DNA of 55,386 bases from Verrucomicrobiaceae bacterium. Lineage in GTDB: Bacteria > Verrucomicrobiota > Verrucomicrobiia > Verrucomicrobiales > V1-33. The position numbers were made by a program, and so were the translations under genes. Location of the stretch: positions 1 to 55,386 of the forward strand of contig JAIXPK010000178.1 of NCBI GenBank assembly GCA_027486335.1. Direction: 5' to 3'. The notes beneath the pieces were generated by a model. The model saw only the letters and a program-made list of their open reading frames with translations, did no database searches and was not told the DNA's origin. This document shows positions 43,893-52,868 of the stretch, one piece after another. Numbering within the stretch: the first letter of the stretch is position 1; each line of letters opens with the position of its first letter.

Positions 43893-45085
43893 AGATAGGG
43901 CTGGTGACATCGTCGGTGACGCGGCAGGGGGGTGGGATTTTCTTTGCACTGCGGAGTCTTGGGAAGGCATTGGGAGAGCAGGGTGGGGTGGAGGTAGAGG
44001 TGCATGGGGTGGCGGATGGGGGGTGGGCGGAGGATGGGGAGAGCTGGAAGCCGTTGCGGTGTGAGGCGCATGCCGGGAGGGGGCCTGCGGGGCTGGCGTG
44101 GGCTCCGGGGATGGGAGGGGCGCTGCTGGCGGGGGGGTATGACCTTCTGCATACGCACGGGATCTGGCAGTGGCCGTCGGCTGCGGTGTCGCGGTGGCAC
44201 CGACGGGCGGATGGTCCGTATGTGGTTTCGCCGCACGGGATGCTGGATCCGTGGGCGGTGAGGCAGTCACGGTGGAAGAAGCGGCTGGTATCGGTTTGTT
44301 ATGAGAGTGCGCATTTGAGGGAGGCTGGGTGTCTGCATGCGTTGTGCGAGGCGGAGGCGGAGGCGATTCGAGCGTATGGATTGAGGCAGCCGATCGCGGT
44401 GATTCCGAACGGGGTGGATCTTCCGGAAGGGGAGGTGGAGGTGAGAGGCGAGGAGCGGCTGATGCTGTTCATGGGGCGATTGCATCCGAAGAAGGGGTTG
44501 CCGAATGCGTTGCGGGCGTGGGCGGCGAGGCGCGGGGAAGCGAAGAGGGGAGGGTGGCGGATGGTGGTGGCTGGGTGGGATCAGGGCGGGCATGAGGCGG
44601 AGTTGAAGCGGCTGGCGACGGAGAGCGGATTGGTTTGGGCGGATATGGCGGCGGCGGAGCTGGTGAGGGGAGGCGTGATGCCGGAGGCGGAGGTGGTGTT
44701 TGCGGGGCCGGCGTTCGGGGAGGTGAAGGATGCGCTGCTGCGGCGGGTGTCGGCATTTGTGCTGCCGAGTTTCAGCGAGGGGTTGCCGATGTCGGTGCTG
44801 GAGGCCTGGGCTTACCGGCTGCCGGTGGTGATGACGGAGCACTGCAATCTGCCGGAAGGGTTTGCGGCGGGAGCGGCGGTGAGGACGGGGACGGGGGTTG
44901 AAGAGATTGCGGCCGGGTTCGGGGAGGTTTTCGGGTGGGGTGGAGAAAGTCTCAGCCTGATGGGAGAGAGGGGCCGGGCGCTGGTGGAGCGATCGTTCAC
45001 GTGGGGTGCGTGTGCGGCGCAGATGGCTGAGGTGTACCGGTGGGTGCTGGGGGCGGGGGGGAAGCCCGCGTGTGTGACTAACTGA
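43889..45085 (+). CDS. Glycosyltransferase, GT4/GT-B family
   Basis: GTGA overlap start (VKIGLVTSSVTRQGGG...). ...FVLPSFSEGLPMSVLEAWAYRLPVVMTEHCNLPEGF... Confidence 0.8.
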   Translation: MKIGLVTSSVTRQGGGIFFALRSLGKALGEQGGVEVEVHGVADGGWAEDGESWKPLRCEAHAGRGPAGLAWAPGMGGALLAGGYDLLHTHGIWQWPSAAVSRWHRRADGPYVVSPHGMLDPWAVRQSRWKKRLVSVCYESAHLREAGCLHALCEAEAEAIRAYGLRQPIAVIPNGVDLPEGEVEVRGEERLMLFMGRLHPKKGLPNALRAWAARRGEAKRGGWRMVVAGWDQGGHEAELKRLATESGLVWADMAAAELVRGGVMPEAEVVFAGPAFGEVKDALLRRVSAFVLPSFSEGLPMSVLEAWAYRLPVVMTEHCNLPEGFAAGAAVRTGTGVEEIAAGFGEVFGWGGESLSLMGERGRALVERSFTWGACAAQMAEVYRWVLGAGGKPACVTN

Positions 45086-45101
45086 AACGAAGCAATAACT
45101 T

Positions 45102-46307
45102 ATGGAAGGCAACCGTTCTCTGTTGATCCGCATGTTGAGGTATGTGCCGGACCGGCTGGCGCGGGTGACGGATTCGACGCGGTTCATTCCTGAGATCGAC
45201 GGGTTGCGGTTTGTGGCGATCATGTCGGTGGTGTGGTATCACCTGCTTGGGGTGATCAGTGTGAGGAAGCTGGGGAGCTGGGAGCCTGCGGCGTTTGACG
45301 GGATTCCGGTATTCAGCACGCTGACGAGCGGCCATTTCGGGGTGCCGCTTTTTTTTGTGATCAGCGGATTCATTCTGGCGGTGCCGTTTGCGTATCAGCA
45401 TCTGAAGGAAGCGCCGGCGAAGCCGCTGAAGCAGTATTATCTGAGGAGGCTGTCGCGACTGGGGCCGCCATATGTGGTGTGGCTGTGCATTCTGTTTGCG
45501 GCGCAGGTGCTGCGTGGTCAGGCGCCGCTGTCTGACTGGCCGCACCTTGCGGCGAGTCTCGGGTATGTGCACAACATGGTGTATGGAGTTGGCAGCACGA
45601 TCATGTCCGGGGCGTGGTCGCTGGAGGTGGAGGTGCAGTTTTACTGTATTGCACCGTTGCTGTGCAAAGTGTATCTGATGAAGGGACGGGTGGTGCGGCG
45701 CGCGGTGCAGTTTGCGGCGATACTGGCGGCGGGCTGGGCGATTGAGGAATGGATGCCGCAGACGGAGGAGCGGTGGAACGGGAATGCGTGGCAGATGTCG
45801 GTGCTGAATTACTTCGGGTATTTCATGGCAGGTCTGCTGCTGGCGGATCTGCATGTGAGCCGTGAGAAGCGTGAGGATGGGTTGGCGGTGAGGTTGGGCT
45901 GGGATGCTGCTGCGGTGGCGGCATGGGCGTGGGCGTGGACGCACGTGAAAGGGGGGAGTGGGTATCAGATTCTGCTGCCGGTGGCGGTGCTGGTGGCGTA
46001 TCTTGGGTCGATGCGGGGGTTGGTGTTCAGCACGATCTTCCGGAACAAGCTGATCTATACGATCGGGGGAACGTGTTATACGATTTATCTGTGGCATCAG
46101 CCTGTGCTGATGGCGTGGGGGCGCTACGGGCTGCCGCGGTTCTGGCGTGAGGAGTGGTCGCTGGGGGCGAATGTGGCGCTGCAGGCGGTGCTGGCGACGC
46201 TGCTGGTGCTGCCGGTGTGTGCGGTGCTGTTTGTGTTTCTGGAGAAGCCGTTCATGAAGCCGAGGTGGTGGGTGAGGAGTGGTGGCGAGGGGAGGGAGGG
46301 GCGGTGA
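45102..46307 (+). CDS. Acyltransferase family 3 membrane protein (polysaccharide O-acyl/acetyltransferase)
   Basis: IPEIDGLRFVAIMSVVWYHL and FGVPLFFVISGFIL, with about 10 TM helices. Confidence 0.85.
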   Translation: MEGNRSLLIRMLRYVPDRLARVTDSTRFIPEIDGLRFVAIMSVVWYHLLGVISVRKLGSWEPAAFDGIPVFSTLTSGHFGVPLFFVISGFILAVPFAYQHLKEAPAKPLKQYYLRRLSRLGPPYVVWLCILFAAQVLRGQAPLSDWPHLAASLGYVHNMVYGVGSTIMSGAWSLEVEVQFYCIAPLLCKVYLMKGRVVRRAVQFAAILAAGWAIEEWMPQTEERWNGNAWQMSVLNYFGYFMAGLLLADLHVSREKREDGLAVRLGWDAAAVAAWAWAWTHVKGGSGYQILLPVAVLVAYLGSMRGLVFSTIFRNKLIYTIGGTCYTIYLWHQPVLMAWGRYGLPRFWREEWSLGANVALQAVLATLLVLPVCAVLFVFLEKPFMKPRWWVRSGGEGREGR

Positions 46308-46368
46308 GTTTCGGGGAGATGCGCAGCGCGGGTGCGATGCGGTCTGGGGTCCTAACAATAAAGATGCC

Positions 46369-46917
46369 GTGATTGACCTTTCCCAATTCAGGAACGATGG
46401 GTTTTCGCGTGGGGAGCCTGCGTGGAAGGAAGCGGTGTGGTGGGTGGTGCGGGCGGTGTTTTTCGCGCATGCGGTGCCGGTGCCTTCTGCGATCAAGGTC
46501 GTGCTGCTGAGGTTCTTCGGGGCGAAGGTGGGGAGGGGGGTGGTGATCCGGTCGCGGGTGAACATTACGTTTCCGTGGCGGTTTGAGTGCGGGGATGATG
46601 TGTGGATAGGGGATGAGGTGCTGATTCTGAGTCTGGACCGGGTGAAGCTAGGGTCGAGTGTGTGTGTGTCGCAGCGGGCGTTTTTGTGTACGGGGTCGCA
46701 TGATTTCGGGAAGGTGGGGTTTGATCTGATCACGAGGCCGATTGTGGTGGGTGACAGTTGCTGGATCGGGGCGCAGGCGTTTGTGGCTCCTGGGGTGACG
46801 TTTGGAGCGGGGAGTCGGTGTGGAGCGGGGGCGGTGGTGACGCGGGATGTGGGGGCAGGTGAGAGTGTGAATGGTGTGCCGGCGCGGCCGGGTGCTGTGA
46901 AGCGAGCGGAGAGCTGA
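46369..46917 (+). CDS. Hexapeptide-repeat acetyltransferase, WcaF-like
   Basis: From GTG 46369 the product resembles the WcaF pattern (IDLSQF...WKEAVWWVV...LLRFFGAKVGRGVVIRSRVNITFPWRFECGDDVWIGDEV...CTGSHDF). No in-frame ATG is available; ORF-track start 46279 is the alternative. Confidence 0.8.
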   Translation: MIDLSQFRNDGFSRGEPAWKEAVWWVVRAVFFAHAVPVPSAIKVVLLRFFGAKVGRGVVIRSRVNITFPWRFECGDDVWIGDEVLILSLDRVKLGSSVCVSQRAFLCTGSHDFGKVGFDLITRPIVVGDSCWIGAQAFVAPGVTFGAGSRCGAGAVVTRDVGAGESVNGVPARPGAVKRAES

Positions 46918-46929
46918 ACGACTGAGACT

Positions 46930-48153
46930 GTGCATATTGTATTTGCGAATCAGTATTATCCTCCGGATGTGGCCCCGACTGGGGTGATGCTGGAGGCGGT
47001 GGCGACGGAGCTGGTGCGGCGCGGGCATACGGTGACGGTGCTGGCGGCGACTGGGGGGTATGGAGGTTCCGGGGATGCGGTGGAGACGTTAGGGGGAGAG
47101 AAGGGGGTGCGGGTGAGGCGGATGAAGGCGTTGTCGTTCGGGCGGGCATCGAAGCTGGCGAAGCTCCTGGATTATGCGTCGTATTATGTGGCGATGGTGC
47201 CGAGGCTGCTGATGGTGGGGCCGCGTCCGGATGTGATGGTGGCGCTGACGACGCCGCCGTTTTTGTCTGTGCTGGTGCGGGTGGCGAGCCGGCTGCGGGG
47301 AGCGCGGCATGCGCACTGGGTGATGGATGTTTATCCTGACGTGATGCTGGGGCACGGGATGATCCGTGAGGGTGGGTTGATGCATCGGTTGCTGGGAGTG
47401 GTGGCGCGGTTCGGGTTTGGGGGGAGGCGGAGTGTGGCGGTGCTTGGGCTGGGGCCGGATATGGCGGAGAAGCTAGCGGCGTATTGCGGGGCGGGGAGGA
47501 AGGCTGAATGGGTAGCGTTGTGGGAGACGGCGGGCCGGAAGGCTGGGGAAGGGGAGACGGAGGCGTTGCGGAAGGCGCGGGGATGGGGGGAAGGGGAGAC
47601 GGTGTTTCTGTATTCCGGGAACATGGGGTTAGGGCATTGTTTCGGGGATGTGATTGCGGCGGGGCGGCGATTGAGCGGCGAGGGGGTGCGACTGGCGTTT
47701 TTCGGTAGAGGCGGGCGGCGGCGGGAGGTTGAGATGGCGGTGAAGGAGGGGGACTGGGGTGTGGCGGTGCCTGTGATGGGGGATTATGTGGCGCAGGAGG
47801 AATTGCCGGCGCATCTGGCGAGCGGGGATGTGCATCTGGCGTCGCTGGATCCGCGATGGGATGGGACGATGGTTCCGAGCAAGCTGCAGGGGATTTTCTT
47901 TTCGGGAAGGCCGGTGCTGTTTACGGGGTCGGCGACGAGCAGTATTGGCCGCTGGATCCTGGAGAGTGGGGCTGGGTGGGTGTGTGCGCCCGGGGATGAG
48001 GAGGCGCATGTGGCGGCGATGCGGGAGGCGCGGGATCCGGGGGTGCGGGCGCGGATGGGAGCGGCGGCGCGGGCGTATGCGGAGCGGCATTTCAACCGGG
48101 CGATCAATGTGCCGCGGGTGGCGGAAATTCTGACGGGCGGGGTTGAGAGATGA
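46930..48153 (+). CDS. Glycosyltransferase, GT4 family (WcaI-like)
   Basis: GTG start. The N-terminus HIVFANQYYPPDVAPTGVMLEAVATELVRRGHTVTVL is typical of WcaI-type enzymes. Confidence 0.8.
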   Translation: MHIVFANQYYPPDVAPTGVMLEAVATELVRRGHTVTVLAATGGYGGSGDAVETLGGEKGVRVRRMKALSFGRASKLAKLLDYASYYVAMVPRLLMVGPRPDVMVALTTPPFLSVLVRVASRLRGARHAHWVMDVYPDVMLGHGMIREGGLMHRLLGVVARFGFGGRRSVAVLGLGPDMAEKLAAYCGAGRKAEWVALWETAGRKAGEGETEALRKARGWGEGETVFLYSGNMGLGHCFGDVIAAGRRLSGEGVRLAFFGRGGRRREVEMAVKEGDWGVAVPVMGDYVAQEELPAHLASGDVHLASLDPRWDGTMVPSKLQGIFFSGRPVLFTGSATSSIGRWILESGAGWVCAPGDEEAHVAAMREARDPGVRARMGAAARAYAERHFNRAINVPRVAEILTGGVER

Positions 48154-48208
48154 GGCGGGATGGAGGAGAGAGGGGAGAGAAGCGAGAGAACTCAATACGA
48201 CAAAAGCG

Positions 48209-49018
48209 ATGGCAACGGCACTGATTGGACATAGTGGGTTTGTGGGCGGCAATCTGCGGCGGCAGCATGCCTTTGATGCGCATTACCGGTCGACGGATAT
48301 TGGGGAGATGGCGGGTCGAGCGTATGATCTGGTGGTGTGTGCGGGGGTGCAGGCGGTGAAGTGGCGTGCGAATCGGGAGCCGGAGTGGGATCGGGAGGGG
48401 ATTGAGCGATTGAAGGCGGTGCTGGGGACGGTGGAGGCTGGGAGGTTTGTGCTGATCTCTACGGTGGATGTGTATCCTGCGCCGGTGCGGGGGACGGAGG
48501 ATGAGGTGCCGGCACCGGTGGAGGCGTACGGGCGGCACCGGCTGGAGCTGGAGGGGTGGGTGGCGGAGCGGTTTGAGGATCACAGCATTGTGAGATTGCC
48601 GGGGTTGTTCGGGGACGGATTGAAGAAGAATGTGATTTATGATTTTCTGCATGAGCGTGCGGACATGATTGCGGGGATGCATCCGCGGGGGAGTTTTCAG
48701 TATTACTACCTAGACCGATTGTGGGCGGATCTGGAGCGTGCGAGGGAGTCGGGGATACGGTTATTGAATGTGGCGACGGCTCCATTGGAGACGCGGGAGA
48801 TTGCGGAGAGGTGTTTTCCGGGTGTGGAGCTGAAGGAATCTGCGGCGGTGGCTGGGAGTTATGATTTCCGGTCGCGGCACGCGGCGGAGTGGGGTGGACG
48901 TGACGGGTATCTGTACAGCAGGGAGCAGTGTCTTGAGGATCTGGGGCGGTGGCTGGAGCGGTGGCGGGGTGCGGATGCGGTGAGGAGAGAGCAACTTTCG
49001 CCAGCGCCTGGGGCATGA
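48209..49018 (+). CDS. NAD(P)-dependent epimerase/reductase-like (atypical SDR) protein
   Basis: ATG 48209. Rossmann start ALIGHSGFVGGN. The active-site-like AYGRHRLELE has Arg where the SDR YxxxK Lys is expected. Confidence 0.7.
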   Translation: MATALIGHSGFVGGNLRRQHAFDAHYRSTDIGEMAGRAYDLVVCAGVQAVKWRANREPEWDREGIERLKAVLGTVEAGRFVLISTVDVYPAPVRGTEDEVPAPVEAYGRHRLELEGWVAERFEDHSIVRLPGLFGDGLKKNVIYDFLHERADMIAGMHPRGSFQYYYLDRLWADLERARESGIRLLNVATAPLETREIAERCFPGVELKESAAVAGSYDFRSRHAAEWGGRDGYLYSREQCLEDLGRWLERWRGADAVRREQLSPAPGA

Positions 49019-49854
49019 ATCTGAGTGTTTCGCAGATCGCGTGGCAGCCGGGGGAGGATGGGGAGGCGCATGGATTGCTGAGAGGGATGGGGATTGGAGT
49101 GCTGGAGGCGGCACCGACGCGGCATTTTCCGTATGGGCTGGATGTGGTTAGTGAGGAGGAGTTGATAGGGCTGCGGCGGGGTGCGGAGGGAGCGGGGATG
49201 AGGTTCGGGGCGATGCAGGCGCTGTTGTTTTCGAAGGCGCGTGAGGAGGGTCAGCCGACGCGGACGGGGCATTTGTCGGTGTTCGGGACGGAGGCTGTGC
49301 GGGGTGAACTGGTGGCGTATCTGAAGCGTGTGATTGATGCGGCGGCGGTGCTGGGAGCGGGGCCTCTGGTGTTTGGGTCGCCGGGGAACCGGCGGCGCGG
49401 AGGATTGGATGAGGAGGCGGCGCGGGAGATGGCGGTGCCGGTGTTCCGGGAGCTGGGTGAGTATGCGGCGGGGCGCGGGTGTGTGGTGGCGTTGGAGGCG
49501 AATCCTGTGGATTACGGGTGTGACTGGCTGACGGGGATTGAGGCGGTGGGTGAGTTTGTGGCGGTGGTGGATTGTCCGGGGGTGCGGGTGCACTGGGACT
49601 GCGGGTGTGTGCGGTTGAATGGGGAGGATGCGCTGGGATTGCTGGAGCGGATGGCACCGGTGCTGGCGCACTATCATGTGAGTGTGCCGTTTCTGAAAGA
49701 GCCTGGAGAGGATGGATTTCCGCACCGGGAATGTGCGGGGTTGCTGCGGGCGGCGGGTTATGAAGGGCTGGTGAGTCTGGAGATGGGGCGGAGTGCGCGG
49801 GGATTGGACGGGCTGCGGGAGAGTGCGGCGAAACTGCTGGAGTGGTACGCATGA
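49015..49854 (+). CDS. Sugar phosphate isomerase/epimerase (xylose isomerase-like TIM barrel)
   Basis: ATGA overlap with the previous gene. LVFGSPGNRRRG, VALEANP and HYHVS segments resemble AP-endonuclease-2/xylose-isomerase-like barrels. Confidence 0.7.
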   Translation: MNLSVSQIAWQPGEDGEAHGLLRGMGIGVLEAAPTRHFPYGLDVVSEEELIGLRRGAEGAGMRFGAMQALLFSKAREEGQPTRTGHLSVFGTEAVRGELVAYLKRVIDAAAVLGAGPLVFGSPGNRRRGGLDEEAAREMAVPVFRELGEYAAGRGCVVALEANPVDYGCDWLTGIEAVGEFVAVVDCPGVRVHWDCGCVRLNGEDALGLLERMAPVLAHYHVSVPFLKEPGEDGFPHRECAGLLRAAGYEGLVSLEMGRSARGLDGLRESAAKLLEWYA

Positions 49855-50981
49855 GTGCGGGGGCGACCGAGTGCGATGCGCTGGTGATCGGGGGCGGCTT
49901 TTTCGGCTGCATGACGGCGGCGCAGCTGCGGCGGTACTATCCGAAGGTGGTGCTGTGCGAGATGAGCGGGTCGCTGCTGGGGAGGGCATCCTATCACAAT
50001 CAGGCGCGGGTGCACAACGGGTATCACTATCCGCGGAGCCTGCTGACGGCGCTGCGGTCGCACGTGAATTTTCCGATGTTTGTGGAGGCGTTCCGGAGCG
50101 CGGTGGTGGATGATTTCGAGAAGCTTTATGCGGTGCCGCGGCAGCTTTCGAAGGTGAGTGCGGCGCAGTTTGCGGCGTTTATCCGTCGCGTGGGGGCTCC
50201 GATCAGGGTGTGCAGCGGGCCGTTGCGGAAGCTGTTTGATGCGACGCTGATCGAGCAGGTGTTCACGGTGGAGGAGTATGCGTTTGATGCGGTGGAGCTG
50301 GCGCGGATCTCTGCGGTGATGCTGGAGGAGGCGGGGGTGGAGGTGCGATTGGGGTGCGAGGTGAGGGCGTTGGAGCGGCGTGGAGAGGACGGGTTTGATG
50401 CGGTGGTGGGGGCTGAGGGTGCGGGGTTGCGGGCGGGGCGGGTATTCAACTGTGCGTATTCGAGAGTGAATCACAATCTGCGGCTGGCGGGGCTGGCTCC
50501 GACGCGATTGCGGCATGAGATTGCGGAAATGTGTCTGATGGTGCCGCCGCCTGAGCTGGAGAAGGTGGGGGTGACGGTGATGTGCGGGCCGTTTTTTTCG
50601 TGCATGCCGTTTCCGGCGCGAGGGTTGCACACGCTGAGTCATGTGCGGTACACGCCGCACACGTGGTGGCTGGACGAGGATGACGGGGCACCGGATCCGT
50701 ATGCGGTGATGGGGCGAGCCGGGCTGGAGACGGCGTGGCCGTTCATGGTGCGGGATTCGCAGCGGTATCTGCCGTGTCTGCGGGGGGCGGAGTACCGGGA
50801 CAGTCTGTGGGAGGTGAAGACGGTGCTGCCGCAGCATGAAGGAGACGACGGGCGGCCGATATTGTTTCAGCGGGCGAAGGAAACGCCCCGGTGGATCAGT
50901 ATCATGGGTGGCAAGATCGACAATATTTTCGACTGTCAGATGGAGCTTGACCGTGAACTTTCCGAATCGCCATGTCCCTGA
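49851..50981 (+). CDS. FAD-dependent oxidoreductase (DAO/GlpD-like)
   Basis: ATGA overlap with the previous gene. Dinucleotide motif DALVIGGGFFG, then GRASYHNQARVHNGYHYP. Confidence 0.75.
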   Translation: MSAGATECDALVIGGGFFGCMTAAQLRRYYPKVVLCEMSGSLLGRASYHNQARVHNGYHYPRSLLTALRSHVNFPMFVEAFRSAVVDDFEKLYAVPRQLSKVSAAQFAAFIRRVGAPIRVCSGPLRKLFDATLIEQVFTVEEYAFDAVELARISAVMLEEAGVEVRLGCEVRALERRGEDGFDAVVGAEGAGLRAGRVFNCAYSRVNHNLRLAGLAPTRLRHEIAEMCLMVPPPELEKVGVTVMCGPFFSCMPFPARGLHTLSHVRYTPHTWWLDEDDGAPDPYAVMGRAGLETAWPFMVRDSQRYLPCLRGAEYRDSLWEVKTVLPQHEGDDGRPILFQRAKETPRWISIMGGKIDNIFDCQMELDRELSESPCP

Positions 50982-51883
50982 ATAACCGATTTGTATCCGT
51001 GGTGCTGCCGGTGCACGATGCCGGGCCGGTGCCACCGAGGCTTGCGGAGCTGCACGCGCTGCTGGATGCGCAGTGTGCGAACTACGAGATTGTGCTGGTG
51101 GACGACGGGTGCAGTCCGCCGCTGGAGAAGTTGCTGGCGATCGAGCTGCGGACGCTGCGGTGTTTGAGGATTCTGACGCTGTCGTGCGCGTTCGGCGGGG
51201 AGGCGGCGATCCGGGCGGGGCTGCAGAGTGCGATTGGGGATGTGGTGGTGGTCATGGAGTTGTCGCTGGATCCGGTGGGGGTGATCCCGGAGATGCTGGG
51301 GCTGACGGAGAAGGGGCACGGGGTGGTGATCGGGGTGCCGGAGTCGCGGTTTGACGAGTATCCGCTAAGGCGGTTGTTTTCGCGGGTGTTTCACGGGTTG
51401 AACCGTGTGTTTACGGGGACGGAGATGTATCCTGGGTCGTCGTGGTTCCGGGCGATGTCGCGGTCGGCGCTGAATGCGCTGGTGGTGTCGCAGTTTGACA
51501 GTCTGCCGTTCCGGCATGCGACGGTGAGCATCGGGTTCAATCCGGTGGTGCTGAAGTACCGGAGAGCCCCTGTGTCGGGGCGGGCGCCGAGGCCGTCGTT
51601 TTTCAAGGATGTGAGGCAGGGACTGGATGTGCTGTTTACGGAGAGCAGTGCGCCGCTGACGGTGATGACGCTGGCGGGGTGTCTTGGAGCGCTGGTGAGC
51701 GTGCTGTTTCTGCTGCCGCTGTGGTTTCTGCTGTTTGTATTTCTGACGGTGTTCGGGCAGTATGTGCACCGGAAGCTGGCGAGGTTTCAGTCTAGGCCTG
51801 CGTATATTGTGATGAACGAGGCGAGCAGTGCGGTGGAGGTGCGGGATGCGGGGAGAAGGAACATTGTGAGTGAATCTGTATGA
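50972..51883 (+). CDS. Glycosyltransferase family 2 with C-terminal TM helices (polyprenyl-phosphate glycosyltransferase-like)
   Basis: 10-nt overlap with the previous gene. VSVVLPVHDAG and IVLVDDG. C-terminal hydrophobic pair LTVMTLAGCLGALVSVLFLLPLWFLLFVFLTVFG, as in GtrB/ArnC/DPM1-type enzymes. Confidence 0.8.
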   Translation: MSLNNRFVSVVLPVHDAGPVPPRLAELHALLDAQCANYEIVLVDDGCSPPLEKLLAIELRTLRCLRILTLSCAFGGEAAIRAGLQSAIGDVVVVMELSLDPVGVIPEMLGLTEKGHGVVIGVPESRFDEYPLRRLFSRVFHGLNRVFTGTEMYPGSSWFRAMSRSALNALVVSQFDSLPFRHATVSIGFNPVVLKYRRAPVSGRAPRPSFFKDVRQGLDVLFTESSAPLTVMTLAGCLGALVSVLFLLPLWFLLFVFLTVFGQYVHRKLARFQSRPAYIVMNEASSAVEVRDAGRRNIVSESV

Positions 51884-52677
51884 GTGAGGATCCGACAGCA
51901 GGATGGGAGGTGCCGGCGTTCCGCACGGAAGTCCTCAGGGAGAAGCGGTCGCGTTATGCGGCGGCTGTGTTTGTGATCAACGAGGGGGAGCGGGTGCGGA
52001 CGCAGTTGGGGAAGATGGTGGCATTGAGCGGGGAGATTGACCTTTTGGTGGCGGATGGAGGGAGCACGGACGGGTCGCTTGACGCGCCTTTTCCTGCGTC
52101 GTGCGGGGTGAGGGCGGTGCTGACGAAGACGGGGCCTGGTAAGCTGAGTGCGCAGATGCGGATGGCGATGGCGTGGGCGATGCGCGAGGGGTATGAGGGG
52201 CTGGTGGTGATTGACGGGAACAACAAGGATGATTCGTCGGCGATTCCGGCGTTCATGCGGGCGCTGGACGAGGGTTATGACCATGTCCAAGGGAGCCGGT
52301 ACGTGCCGGGTGGGAGGGCGATCAACACGCCCTTTTCGAGGCACTGGGGGGTGAAGCTGCTCCATGCGCCGATGATCAGTCTGGCGGCGGGGTCGAGGTG
52401 CACGGACACGACGAACGGATTCCGGGCGTACAGCCGGAAGTTTCTGCTGGATCCGCGGGTGCAGCCGTTCCGGGAGGTGTTTGCGACGTATGAGCTGCAT
52501 TATTATCTGGCGATCCGGGCGTCGCGGCTGGGATTCCGGACGTGCGAGCTGCCGGTGACGCGGGAGTATCCTGCGGACGGGAAGGTGCCGACGAAGATCT
52601 CGGGCTGGCGCGGGAATGTGAACATCCTGAAGTTGCTAGGAAAGGCGTGTCTGGGGAAATACAATCCTCCGGGGTGA
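51880..52677 (+). CDS. Glycosyltransferase family 2 (DPM1-like, soluble)
   Basis: ATGA overlap with the previous gene. AAVFVINEGERV, LLVADGGSTDGS, VVIDGNNKDD. Confidence 0.8.
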   Translation: MSEDPTAGWEVPAFRTEVLREKRSRYAAAVFVINEGERVRTQLGKMVALSGEIDLLVADGGSTDGSLDAPFPASCGVRAVLTKTGPGKLSAQMRMAMAWAMREGYEGLVVIDGNNKDDSSAIPAFMRALDEGYDHVQGSRYVPGGRAINTPFSRHWGVKLLHAPMISLAAGSRCTDTTNGFRAYSRKFLLDPRVQPFREVFATYELHYYLAIRASRLGFRTCELPVTREYPADGKVPTKISGWRGNVNILKLLGKACLGKYNPPG

Positions 52678-52868
52678 TGGGGTTGCGGAGATGTTTCAAG
52701 TGTTTCCTGAAGGCAGAAGCCGATGGACTTCTGACGTTTGTCAGATGAAGATCACGCTGAAATGTGACTGGTGCGGTCCGGTGCTGCACGGCGCGTTGCG
52801 ACTGGAGGAGATGCTATTGGGAGACCAGTGTGGATTTTTCAGTTCAAGACACTACACCTAGAAACGAT

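Noticed and set aside
45078-46733. 551-aa minus-strand ORF antisense to the acyltransferase and WcaF-like genes
   Set aside because: Same antisense artefact (R/P/H/Q-rich). The plus-strand products have clear family motifs.
49758-51035. 425-aa minus-strand ORF antisense to the FAD oxidoreductase
   Set aside because: Antisense low-complexity artefact. The plus-strand frame has the GGGFFG dinucleotide-binding motif.
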